The translations under genes and the position numbers were made by a program. The notes under the pieces were generated by a model. The model was given only the letters and a program-made list of their open reading frames with translations, did not search any database and was not told the origin of the DNA. This document shows positions 11,854 through 24,379 of a stretch of 64,000 bases of DNA, one piece after another (position 1 is the stretch's first letter; each line of letters starts with the position of its first letter). Where the stretch lies: assembly GCF_009834535.1 (NCBI RefSeq), contig NC_045696.1, positions 102,798,001-102,862,000 on the forward strand, in the 5' to 3' direction. Origin of the DNA: Camelus ferus. Lineage: Eukaryota.

Positions 11854-13110
11854 GTAAGTTTTCTGTTTTGAAGTTTGTACAAAATCTTGAGGAGTATAAG
11901 AAAAATTTTTCTGAAGTAGAAAAAAAATTAAATAAGAGGAAAATACTTGAAACTAAGTTAAATAAGATGAAAACTTATATAAGAGAATAATATGGTTCCA
12001 TTAATGAAAGAAAAGTATAAGGTGTAGGAATGCTTATAAGCTAATAATTTTTAAATGTTATCTAAGAAAATTATGGTCATGTAAAAATTCTGGGAACCCT
12101 GTTGTAGGCACAGATCATTATAAGCCTAATTTTTCTTTTCTGGCACTTATAAAATTGTGTTTTTCTTTTTATTACATAGGATTGTAGTATTTTAGGTTCA
12201 AGTTTTAGGGCCTTGATACCTCCCTGTTTTCACATCTGTATTTGGACTTTATTTTTTGGTGTGCTCCAAAATGTGTGCATACAAAATATATTATCTTTTC
12301 CAATTAGAGTAAATTAAACAAAAATATTTGACATGTTATAGAAGCCAGTTGGGACACTGGTCTGGGCGTGACCTAAGAAATGGAGGGGCAGGAGTTGGGT
12401 CCCTGTGTCTTGTCTCTAACACCCTGTCAGCTCCAACCACCAGGATTTCAGGCTTTAGCTCTCAAACTCTAAATCCAAGGGGGAGGGAAAAAGTAGGAAG
12501 GAAGGATCTCTGGTTAAGCTATGAAGTAAGCTGAAATAAGCCCAGCTTTATTGCCCATGATTTTCTGTGAGTACCCAGGGTAGGGCTGTCCTGAGTACGG
12601 GCACTTCTGGAAGGGCTGATTTTTCTGGGCACTCCACAAATGTGCCACCTTGTGGCCTGGATGTGTACTGCCTCATGTTACAGCAGTATTTCTGCCCCTC
12701 ATTTCAGTGGTCCCTGGTGTCCTTGTTCCTTCCAGTGAGTTGTCCGTCTGCACTTATGTGGCTCCCCAGCTTTTGTTCTCCAGCTTTTATCTAGTGGTTC
12801 CCCAGCTTTTATCTTGAGCCCTAAACTTTCTCTGAAGTTGCAAACCTGAGTTTGCAATGATCTCTCCTAGAGTTTGGCAACTGCTAGATATTTAAATGAA
12901 AACATATCAAACTCAACTTGTTTTTATCACACTATTTTCTGCCTCAAATCTGCTTCTTCACCTGTTTTCCCCAGCATGGCCCACGGCATCCGTAGTCACG
13001 CTGCTAGGATCCCCTTTGACTGACTTTGTCTTAACTTCCCACAGCACCCCCCTCCCCACACACACACAGAGCAGACCGTGTCCTTCTCCCACTTAAATTC
13101 CTTGTCTCCA

Positions 13111-13238
13111 CCTGTGCCATCCAATATGGTGGCCACTTGAAACACTTGAAATGTGACTGGTGATACTAAGGATCTGAATTCTTAATTAAATTTAAAAAGC
13201 CTCATGTGGCCAGTGGCTACCATATTAGACAGCACAGG
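13111..13238. mobile_element. hAT-Charlie DNA transposon relic (MER3-like)
   Basis: Terminal inverted repeats cctgtgccatccaatatggtggccac ... gtggctaccatattagacagcacagg. Confidence 0.75.
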
Positions 13239-13319
13239 AGTCAAGTCCTTCTCACTTTGTCCCTAGCCTCTCTTTCTAACTTCATCTTTAAGCCCTACCA
13301 CCTCACTCCTTATGTGCTA

Positions 13320-15500
13320 AGTATTTGGGATTTTATCCTAAGTGTGGGGTAAGCTGTTGATGGATTTAAGCAGAGTTCAGGATTAGATTCACATTTTATG
13401 GGGGCCGGTCTATAGCTCAGTGGTGGAGTGCATGCTTAGCATGCACTAGGTCCTGGATTCAATCTCCAGTACCTCCTCTAAATAAATAAATGAATGAATG
13501 AATAAACCTAATTACCTCCCCCTTCAAAAAAGAAAAGACTAGATTCACATTTTGTGACGATCACTCTGGCCACCGTGAGGTGAATGGGCTGTAGGGTCAA
13601 GAGCATCAGCAGGTCCTGGTGTTTGTCCAGGGGAACTGTGCGAGACAGAAATGCAGAGACAGTCAGGAGATGCTGACTTGTGCAAACCAGAGACCTTGGG
13701 AGATACTGACAGGGTTTGGCGGTTAACCAGACTAGAGGGGTCAGGGAGAATGCCTCCCGGGCCCCTGGCTTACACAACTCTGGGGATGATGATACCGTTC
13801 ATAGAAGCAGAGAACTAGGTTTTGGGGTAGATTCATAAGTTAAGCTGGTGACCTTGTTGGGTTTAAGGTGTCTGTGAGACCGTTAAATGGAGCTGTTTTG
13901 TAGACAGATCTGTGGGCCTCGAGACCAGAAGAGAGATTTAAGCAAGAGACTTAAATTTGAGAGTCATAACATATACGTGGTTCATACCATGATCCAGAAT
14001 GAGACAGCCTAGGGAGAGGTTACCGTGAAAGGAGAAGGGCTGGAATTAAGTCTCTAGAAACTCCAACTTTTTGAAGAGGAGAATCTGCTGGCAAAGGAGA
14101 CTGGAAGGGAGCCGCTACGGAGGAAGGGGGAGACCAGGAGCATGTGTCATGGGGCCGAGGAAGAGAATGTTTTCAGAAGGGAGTGGTCAGGAGAGCCAGG
14201 TGTTGATGAGACTTCAAACAAGGGCAAGATCAGAATGTCTCCATCTGATTTCATGACGTGGAGGTGACTGGAGACCCTAGGCAGGGTGGTGAGTGGAGTC
14301 GTGCAGGCAGAAGCCAGGCAGGGGCGAGGGGCGTGTGGAGCAAGAAGAAACCGAGACAGTGGGTCCAGTAACTCAGTCCACTAGTTCGGTCCTGACAGAG
14401 GGAGAGAGGCCACGTGTTTGAATGTGATAAAACAGATGGGAAGCAGCCGGCAGAGAAGGAGAACAGAATGGCAGAGTGAAGGAATAACCTGAGGAGGAAA
14501 TTTCCACCAAGGTGGGGGGGGGGGGGTGTCTGGCTCCAGAGGACTCGCAGAAGGACAGACCTGAGCCCGGAAGTGGGCAGGCTCCTCTCTCCGGGGAGGA
14601 AAGGAACTGAGGGTGCAGATAAGACACCTTGGAGGTCTGGGGGGAGCTTTGAGGACATCCTCTTCTGTGATCTCTGGTCTCTCTAGAAAATAGGCAAGTT
14701 CACCTGCTGAGAATGAGAAGGGAGGTGGGAGCCCTGGGGGGTCAGGGGAATCCGAAAAACAGCTGTGGAAATTGGAAACAGCTTGTCACATGGAGGAGGG
14801 TCCATTTGTATACTCAGCTGTCTGAGTGCAGACACAGAAAAAAAAACCCAGAGGCTCCAACAGGATTCATCCACAGTTGAAGGACAGAGGCGAAAGGGAG
14901 TTGAAGGTATTGTCAAGAAATTGACTGAAATAACGGACTGTGGCAACTATGTGGAATAGCTGAGGAAGCAAAGACAGGACAGGACTGATGGAGTTGGAAA
15001 AATGAGAAGGGTCATTTGCTGAACCTCTAAAGAAAGAAAAAAAGTAGTCATGAGAGTCTGAGACTGGTAAATAAAAAAGCTTGAAGGAGTGGAGGCTCTA
15101 CTGGATAGCAGGATGCTTACAATTGGGAGACTGATGATGAGACTTTAGCAGGAGGATGTGTGAGGCTGAGACTGAGGGACTGGATGGAGCAGAGGGGGAA
15201 AGCCTCTGGGAAGGATGAGGCCACAGCACGGAGAGGGATCATCACAAGGAGGGTGGACCCACCGAGACGGTCCAGGAGCCCCTGGAGAGGAAGGCTGAGG
15301 ACCAGTACCACGCCGGGAGCACAGGGCAGTCGAGAGAGGACAGTAAGATGGGCAGGCTTGGGGAGGTATAGCTGATGGCTTGAAGGCAAGAGTGCAGGAT
15401 TGTACCACAGGGAGAGAAGAAGCTTGTGGGACGCCCTCCCAACCTCCAGACTAATGTGCTGAGGCTGAGAAGGAGCTGGTTTCCAGTGGTCCATGTAAAG
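13320..15500 (-). mobile_element. Degenerate LINE-2 tract
   Basis: Purine-rich antisense L2-like motifs (ggattttatcctaagtg, atcactctggc, aaatttgagagtcat, ggaggtgactggagacc); boundaries uncertain. Confidence 0.55.
13400..13539 (+). mobile_element. tRNA-derived SINE (camelid Vic-1-like) inserted in an L2
   Basis: A/B boxes tatagctcagtgg / ggattcaatctcc; TSD tagattcacatttt at 13384-13397 and 13540-13553. Confidence 0.9.
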
Positions 15501-15929
15501 AGATACTCTTTCATCGGGCAGGAGAATCACTAATGCCACTTCTTTGTGACTCAGTGAATTAGAGAAAATTAGGTCCCCAACTCCTAGAACAATATTCCCT
15601 CTAGTTGCTCTCTGAGCTTTTTCTCTTAAAAAAATATATATGCTGTTATGTGTATTTAACATTAATAATTGTATATATTTTAATATTATCATCCATTTCA
15701 GATCCCCCTTGTAGTTAAGTATCCCTACAAATTGAGTTAGCAGAACATATTCGAAGGGCAATATTACACTTGCAAATGCTTACCAACGAGTACGATTCTG
15801 TGACAGTTGTTTTGTTTAGTTCTTCCGAGCATATTGCCACATATAAGTGAATCATTGGCACATATTTTGGAAACATTTTTAATGATGATAATGAGGGTTA
15901 AATATTTTCATTTATTAATCCACAGTCTG

Positions 15930-16102
15930 TCAGGTAGTTAACTCTGTGCTGTTGGAGGCCGCTGTGCTCACTGTGTTTAGCAGTACCCGGGTACCTACCC
16001 GCTGGATGCCAGCAGCATACCCCAGGTGTGATAACCGCACATATTCCCAGACATTGCCAAATGTCGCACAGTGGGCAAAATCACCTCTGGTCAGAACCAC
16101 TG
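15930..16102. mobile_element. MER20-like hAT relic
   Basis: ccagacattgccaaatgtc...ggcaaaatcacc...gaaccactg. Confidence 0.75.
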
Positions 16103-16707
16103 TGTTTGTTTCATTGTACTTTCGACATTTGTCTCCTTCTCCATTCTTAAGATCATTACTGGTAATGACAGGCTGAAAGTAAATATTGAGTGATGGCTGC
16201 ATCTAATGACAGCTATAACCCACTTCCTAAAAACCCGGACTGCTCACATTTGAGCAATTGCATATTTCAAATGCACCAAGAAAGCTCCTTATACCCTTAG
16301 GGGGACGCCATAGGATTCCTTTTGTAAAGTGAAGAATTAACCTATATTTCCTGTGTTCATATGTGTTTGTTCTGGGTTTTTCTAAGCAGAGCATATGAGA
16401 CTGTACCTATTTTTGGTTATGCTATTAGTTACATATAAAGAAAGAAAAGAATAGGGCTAAATTTGGGTTATCTTTGATCTCAGGTTTAAAATTCAGCAGA
16501 GGGTACTGAGTTAGCCTAAAGAAATTAGAGCAGGAGTTGGTAGCATGAAGAATTTCTTTTGCATCCTTTTTAATTATCTCACTGCAATGACAGATTGGTG
16601 GCTCAGGGAAATACAGAGAAATTTTAAATTGATAGATTCAGCTCTGAACACCGATTATAACTTGAATTCACTTTCCTGAATCTTATGTCTTTCTTCTTTG
16701 AATTAAG

Positions 16708-16791
16708 GTTTAAAACCCACCGTGGCCCTGTGTCAACAAAAGTGTAGACGGTCGGGGACTCTGGAGAGCAATTACTGTTCAAGTAACTTTG
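16708..16791 (+). CDS. PCOLCE2: PCOLCE2 exon 7 (start of NTR domain), 84 nt
   Basis: attaag|GT TTA AAA...TTT G|gtaaga; LKPTVALCQQKCRRSGTLESNYCSSNF. Confidence 0.96.
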
Positions 16792-18970
16792 GTAAGAAAT
16801 AAAACCCAGGCTTTTCTCTTTCATCAGAAACCTGAAACTGCATGCTTAATCTCAAAGGAATGGCCACGAATGTGATGGTAAAGGGTCAGTTACACTCTTC
16901 ATTTGCCCAAGAAAATATTTTCCTACACGCTGAGGTATGTTGACTTGTGCCCTTCAAAGTGTTAGATTTCACAACTGAGAAAAAGACGAATACAGAAAAT
17001 ACACGTTTTTCACATAAACTTCATCATTTGACTCCTGGTACATGATACTGCCACTCTGTGTATTCTGGCTGGCTCAGTACTCCTGGAGGGGGGAGGGGGG
17101 CATGTATTTTTTTTTTCTTACACGGCTTTCATAAACCTGTATTTTTTTTTCTCACACAGTTTTCATGTACTGAGTATTTTTTCACACATCTGTAATTCAG
17201 CTTAAGTAAATTAGAAACATATATAGGCTGGCCTCTCTCAGTAGAAATTCAAGTATTTCCCCTGTAGTGTCTTTCCAAAGTACTAAATTAAAACTTGGAA
17301 ATCTGAAGTCCACTTGGAACCTCTTATAAATTGGAACCTGAGATGTTACCTAATGACTTCGAATCTCTAAGCGCTTTTTCCAATTTGAAAAAAAAAAAAA
17401 AAAAGCCACACTTGCTGTGAAAATCACTTAAGAGCAAAAGATCCCAAGTTTAATTATGTTGGTTGTGTTTAAAAGGAACATTTAAGAAAAGTCTTACCAG
17501 GAACAGAAGGTTGCTGCAGCCTAAGTAGGTCACCCAAAACAAAGAGCTTCCCAGAAGAGGCTTTGCTTGCTCTTTCTATGCCTTCAGGTGGGAACTGTCT
17601 GCAGCCCAGGTGGACTAAGTTGTAGCGAAGGTGTGATGGCACTAGAGAATCTAGGGCCTAAATCTGACGGGAGTTTGCACGCCGAAATTCAAGTAACTGG
17701 CATAGACATGAAAACCGGCAGCTCCAGGTGCCATTGCTCCCACATCCAGGGTAGTCTTCTGTAGGCGGTGCTGAAAGAAGTCTCCCTCCCTGTCCTTCAG
17801 AGCCACTTGATTTCACTTGGGTATGGACTGACATTTTGCAGTGAACACTCATCACTGGGAAGCAAAGCAAAGCATGATTAGAATTGTGATGTTATGAGCT
17901 TTGCACACTACGGAAGCAGTGAGTTCTCACTTTATCCTGAAAGGGTCGTATCAGCCACGTGCAAAACTTGGTCTATTACACTGTGACTCCCTTACATGGC
18001 AAAATGACCTAATACCATCACCAGTGGCCCACTGGTTCTCAACCAGCATTGGTAACACGCCTTTTGGGGCAGGTTTTGGTTATTTTGAGGTGCCACTGGT
18101 TTTTCTGGATAGGGACAGGGTTCATAAAAAAGCCAGTCCATGCAAGTCCTGCATCACATGGAATGCCCCCCCCCCCAAATGCCAAAAGCACATCTTTGAG
18201 AAACACAGCATCTGTCTTTCTGTAGCTCAGTAGTGAGACTCTTAATCTCTGTCACATGGCAAAAAGAGAGAGTTACATAATGAAAAGCAGCAGAATTTTG
18301 CCTGAGATTTTTTTTTAAAGCAAGAAAATGTTTTCAGTTATACCTCTGTGCCATACTCTGACTTGTTAAAGGAGATAAACAGGATGGATAACAAAGACAA
18401 TAAGAAAGACCCAGAAAAAGACAGATATTTACTGATTAATTAGAGACAGGGACCCCATAGACGAACCATAGCTGAAGGAGAGGGGAACAGGGTGAGTCAC
18501 AGAATGGCAGGCGTTCACCTACACAGACAGAGACACAGGGACTCAGGTCTTCGTGGCTCAGTCCACCATCGTGCACCTGTTAGTACTGTATTGCCTCCAA
18601 AGATTCACGGTCTTGTGGAGTAGTCCCAGGTAGAGGCTCATGAGCCCAGTTATTTGGTAACTGATCCACATGTTGGGTGAAATATTGGGACGAGTCCCCA
18701 TCTCAGCAATGGATTGCAATACGGCAGGTATTTTGGTTTCTCCCCTCGGTATCAATGCCTAACAGATGGGTGCCTTCCAGCTCCGTGGCCCATATTTTCA
18801 ACCTGCATTTTGGAGACAAATGTACAGAATCAAATTCGACAGCTCTCTTGGGGCCCTCTCGCTAACATTAAACTCTCCCGTCTGAAACTTAGAGGAGTGT
18901 AGAATTGTTTTCAGTTCTGCTTATATTTGTCTTCATGGTCACATTATTTCAAAAACATTTTCCTCTGCAG

Positions 18971-19138
18971 TCTTGGCTGGCACTGTTATCACAACCATCC
19001 CTCGAGGTGGGAGTCTGCACGCCACGGTCTCCATCATCAACATCTATAAAGAGGGGAACCTGGCGATTCAGCAGGCCGGCAAGAACATGAGTGCCAAGGT
19101 CGTCGTGGTCTGCAAGCAGTGCCCTCTCCTCAGAAGAG
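18971..19138 (+). CDS. PCOLCE2: PCOLCE2 exon 8 (NTR domain), 168 nt
   Basis: ctgcag|TC TTG...AGA G|gtgagt; LAGTVITTIPRGGSLHATVSIINIYKEGNLAIQQAGKNMSAKVVVVCKQCPLLRR. Confidence 0.97.
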
Positions 19139-19730
19139 GTGAGTGGGAGGAAGACGTCAGTCCTTCTTCTAGGGGAGTTCAGCAACAGAGAAGGGGACAA
19201 GAGAGCCCAGCCTTGCTGGGTCTTTCCATGCTGTGTCTAGTCTAGGCAAATAAAGTCAGGGCTAATATACTGCCCACTTCTGGTTTCGAAGGAGGGCCTC
19301 TGGAGTCAGAGAGAATTGGGCTCCAATCCCAGTTCCTGTCACTTGTGGAAGAAGACAAGGTAGTGGAAAGGATGAATGAGTCCAAGAAGCATTTGAAGTC
19401 AGATCACTAGGGAACAGACACAAAAAGAGCAGCTCAGCAGAAAGAAGTTTTCAATTATTGCACTTAAGGTGCTGATACTAAGTTTAGAGGAAACTATCCA
19501 TCAAAGAACAGGAAGTTCAGAGCTGGAGTTCAGAAGACAGAGGTATGTATATATGGGCTAGAATGAAAGATTCAGGGCTCATTTGTAGACATAGGATTAT
19601 TAAATCCAGCAATGAGAATGAGTTTATTATTAAGAGAAATTTTGAAAAAAGGAAAGTTACTCCAGAGATAGAGGCACATGATTTTTTTAAAAACAGGTTC
19701 TTTAACTTATAAAAGTAATGTTAAAAAGTT

Positions 19731-20174
19731 CAGCAACAACATGGATGGACCTGGAGAATGTCATTCTAAATGAAGTAAGCCAGAAAGAGAAAGAAAAATA
19801 CCATATGATATCACTCATATGTGGAATCTAAAAAAAAAAAAGACGAACTTATTTACAGAACAGAAACAGACTCAAAGACATAGAAAGCAAACTTGTGGTT
19901 ACCAGCCGGGGAAGCGGGTGGAAAGGGATAAACTGGGAGTTCGAGATTTGCGGATACTAACTACTATATATAAAATAGATAAACAACAAGTTTATACTGA
20001 ATAGCACATGGAACTATATCCAATAGCTTATAGTAACTTATGGTGAAAGAGAATGTGAAAACAAATGTATGTATGTTCCTATATGACTGAAGTATTGTGC
20101 TGTACACCAGAAATTGACACAACATTGTAAACTGACTATACTTCAATAAAAAATATATTAAAAATAAAATTAAA
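19731..20174 (+). mobile_element. Relatively young 5'-truncated L1 3' end
   Basis: atggatggacctggag...tcactcatatgtggaatc...gtaaactgactatacttcaataaa, A-rich tail, TSD taaaaagtt (19722-19730, 20175-20183). Confidence 0.9.
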
Positions 20175-21632
20175 TAAAAAGTTTAAAGAAGTAGAGAAGG
20201 CTATAAAAGGTGAAGCCTTTTCCCTTTCTCCAGAGGCACAATGAAAAGTTCCTTTGGGAAAGTTCTCTCCATAGAAAGCATGCACCTACGCACATAGATG
20301 GGATCATGCTACACACAGCCTACTGCAGCTTTTCCCCCACATGATGTGTATGCAGACATCTTTCTGTCAACAGCACAAAAAGGTCTCTTTCTTTCTTTGG
20401 AGTGGTAATAATGCCTGGTATTCCACTGTGTGATAGATCGTGATTTTCTCTATCCAGTATCAGCTCATTCCTTTCCTCCGTCTTGTTACAAACCTCTCCC
20501 ACAACCAAAACAAACCAAACCCCCACCACACACACATACACAGAAATACAAAATACCCACTTCAAGAAAGCTTCACTATGACTTTAGATTGTTCAGAAAA
20601 ATCAGGAGTCCAGCAGCCTCACGCTGACTCTTCAGAGGGAACAGCAAAGTAAAAGGTGACACTTCTTCCCCAGAACTGTCAGGAGCAGCAGATAATGCAC
20701 GTCTCGATACTTACTTACAGGCTGCTGGCATCTCAGAGTGATGCCAGCAGCCCGGCCCTGCGGTGGCATCGACCTGCCCAGCCTACCAAGCTTTCTGAGG
20801 CTCAAGACTGCTATGATGACAACGGTGGCCCACAGAGGAAGTGTTATGCAAGAGAGAAAGGAAACATATATTTTCTCTATGACATACAGGGTGAGAGGGA
20901 AAATAAGGGAGGTGATAACACACTTCCTTTACGACATTTTTCTGAGGGAACATAAATCTGCAGGCTTGAACCCAACATAGTTCAGCGTTGGCCCCAGTCT
21001 AGTCCTGATCTAGCCAGACACACTAATATATTAAAAAAAATAGTATAACAGATATAAGTACTTTTTAGTACCTATCTTTTTGCAAGGGACTATTATAGTA
21101 AGAAGGTAAAGAAGTGTATGATCCAACCATACCCTCAAAAAACTTACATAGTATAAATGTTCACAATGTTAAAAAAAAAAAAAGTTCAAGACAACAGCAA
21201 CAGAAGACAGTGGATCGTCAGTTGCCAAATGCCTGGGGAAATCCAGACGCGCTGTGGGGCCACGAGAGGCCACCTGAAGATGGCGTTTCAGGGAGCACTG
21301 GCGGCCCCTCGAGGAGGGACAGCCTCTCACAGGAACACAGTGTGTCTTTCATAGTGGAGACTCAGTAAGTACACTGGGCCTGCAGCACTGCTGGGCTGGA
21401 CGTGACTGGATGTGACCATTTCGTCCAGTGTCCTCGTGTCCACAGACCTGGGACAAGTCATTCCGTTGAATTTAGATTTTTTTTGATGAGAGTCTTAAAC
21501 CACATTTTATCCTAGAGAGAATAAATGTCTAATTATATCATTTATAGAACATTTACAGAGAGGTAAGTGATAGTCTAAGCTCTTTCAAACCAACACAGAG
21601 AAAAAAAATAATAATCTTATATTCTCTTTTAG

Positions 21633-21763
21633 GCCTAAATTACATTATTATGGGCCAAGTGGGTGAAGATGGGCGAGGCAAAATCTTGCCAAACAGCTTT
21701 ATCATGATGTTCAAGACCAAGAATCAGAAGCTCTTGAATGCCTTGAAGAACAAGCAATGTTAA
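21633..21763 (+). CDS. PCOLCE2: PCOLCE2 exon 9 coding part (end of NTR, stop TAA)
   Basis: ttttag|GC CTA AAT...CAA TGT TAA; GLNYIIMGQVGEDGRGKILPNSFIMMFKTKNQKLLNALKNKQC*. Confidence 0.97.
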
Positions 21764-22194
21764 CAGTGAACGGTGCCCATTTAAGCTGCGTTCTGTCACT
21801 GCCTCTGAAAGATCTATTTTTTTCTCAGTAGAAAAAAGAAAAATTTATAACATGAAATATTGAGCATCCAGAAAGATTTACTCTTCACACGATGTAGGTA
21901 TGAGACCTCCGACATCGCTGATGGAAGTTGTGTGCCTGCACGGAAGAGGAACAGACGTCCGACTGAAAACCTGCAGACGTAGTGGGGTGATGAGAAACTA
22001 ACCATATCCAGCGTTGACAGTTCGGAAGCCATTTATTTATACGTCTCTGTCAAAGGATATTTTAGAAATGAGTTGTGTGAAGATGTAAAAAAGAGATTTT
22101 TATATGTGCAATATTTATAGTGATACTCGTTCTGCCTTCAAGCATTTGCTCTGAGGTGTTATATTCTTCTCTTGCATTTTTTAAATCAATGCTT

Positions 22195-22200
22195 AATAAA
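22195..22200 (+). terminator. PCOLCE2: PCOLCE2 polyadenylation signal
   Basis: First AATAAA after the stop (~430 nt); a second signal ATTAAA ~22228 and a GT/T-rich tract follow. Confidence 0.7.
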
Positions 22201-24379
22201 ATATTTTTAAATGATTATATAACAGCCATTAAACTTGTTTTTATAGAAAATGGGACACTGTGAAAAGAATATTCCCCACTATAGACATATAAGGTTGTCT
22301 TTGTATCAATTTATACTTTGCTAAAAAAGCATGCCAACAACTGCAGGACGGGATGGATCCAGGCATGTAAACAGACTATAAATCATCTCTGCAGAACCAG
22401 AGGATTGTGTGTCCCTCAGGAATCTGGTTCAGGTCTTTCATTTTGTAATAGAAATGGGAGGTCAGGCATATTGCGTGGCTTGTCCAGAGCACACATCTCC
22501 CAAGACAACAGAAGACAATCAAGCTCAGAAGTCCTACTTCCAAACCCAGTACCCTTCCTTCCACTACAAGCAGCTTTCTCTGCTCTAGAGGAAAAATCCT
22601 CTTACCTTGCAGAGTTCGGTCTTTGTTTTCCTGCCCTGTATCATAATTTGTCATCTTACAGGACTTGAAATTAGAAGTAAGCCTGAGCCCCCTATCCTGT
22701 TCATCCCTACTCAACTGCATCAGGCTGTATCAGCTAGGATGCTTTTCTGCCATTGCTTTGAAAAATCTACTCTCACTCAGTAATGGAAGAACTGTGCAAG
22801 GACCCCCATCGTTTGCATGGAGCTGCTAAAAATGCAGCTGGACCTGCAAGGAGTGTGGCAACCAGCCCTCAGGAGGTTGCCTGCCGGGAGCTGTGGGAGA
22901 GGGGACAACCACCCCTATTTGAAGAAGGTTAGGGATAAACAAAGACTTGGGTCTCCAGGTCTCCCACAGTTGAAGCAAAGTTCTAGAACTAAGTAAAAAT
23001 ATTCTTTTGGGTGAAGACAATAATTCCCAGCCCTAGAAGTGACCAGACATTCAAAGAGCAGCAAAATGGAAGTTCAGAAGGAAGACAACTGTTTGGCAGC
23101 TGAGGGAACACAAGAAAGCCATGAACGTGGGCTGGTTGGCAGGATCAGGAATCACTCCTCAGCTCTCCCCCTGGGATGCCATCAGTACCAGAGAATTCAC
23201 CAGCTGAGGAAGTGGAGGAGCTAGAGGAGCCACTGGCAGGCTCCATGGGCCAGAGGCACCTTTTAGAAAGGCCGTCTCCACCAGCTGAGGGCGCAGGGCA
23301 CCCAGCCAGGCTGTAACTGTGGAAACCTGATTGAGTCCAGCATTCTCTTTCAGGAATGCATGTTGTGGGGCTTTGGAGTGATTACTGAAGATTTTAGCAT
23401 TTTCTCTTTCAGCAGAACTCCACTGTTGGTGCGCTACAGGCAGCAGGCTTGCAGCTGTCAGCCTCCTGCACCCCCACGGGAAGACTCCCACAGGTTTCTG
23501 AGTGGGGGCTTGAGTCACAGTGAGGTTAAAAACTGGGTAGAGCAATCCAAACTTTCCAAACCACTGACATCTCTGACACAAGACTTAACAACTGTCTGTG
23601 GGATTAGTGGTTAACAACAGAAGGCAATGGTTTGTCTTTTAATTCAGTTATTCAAAACATAGATGTAAGCTGAACAGTGACACTGCTTTTTCTGCTCCAA
23701 CAACCATCCCTTAATTTCTTTTCTTGTTTATTATATCATATATTTTAACTGAACTTCAGTTTCCTTAGTTATAAATTGGGGTTAGGCCAGATGACTTCTG
23801 GGGTCCTCTACTATTTTCTCTTTTGGGACTTACTTTTAAAATTTTTTATTTCTTTTTACAGAATGGTGAAAAGGTTTTGTTTTTGTTTTTAGGTATTTGT
23901 ACTTGGGGAATCAATTTACATGTGACAAACAAGTGAATGACCATATAAACATTTCAAAATGATAAACCAGACTCTGATGTGTTTCAGAGGATTCTGCTAG
24001 CTTAACTTTCATCCTTTGAATTCAACTCCTATAACAAAAACATAAGAATCTTGCAAATTTCCCAAATCTTAATTCTGTTATATTACTTAATTGTTTGAAG
24101 GTTAACCTTAAGTTGGAAGAAATTTACCTTCTTTTTTTCCTTCCTGTAAGAGAGTACTGCTAGGCTTCCATTAGACCTTCTGGACTATTCAATGAAATAA
24201 AATAGTGACAAAAATCTTCTTTAAAGAAAAGCCCTATAACAAAACAGTCACTAATCAGGAAGCTCTAATGTTAGTCAAGTAATATTAACCAGAAAACCCT
24301 TTGGTTTAAATTCATGTAGAACAGTAAGTTCATGTAGAAAACAAACATTAAAAAAAAAAAAGATTTGAGCTAAGTGTTC

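Noticed and set aside
13400..13475. tRNA-like sequences (also 3350-3430 and 33163-33235) as tRNA genes
   Set aside because: Each has the same SINE body and A-rich tail, and two have clear TSDs, so they are SINE heads.
15117..15761. Longest ORF in the track (214 aa, - strand)
   Set aside because: No recognisable homology; mostly overlaps decayed L2-like sequence.
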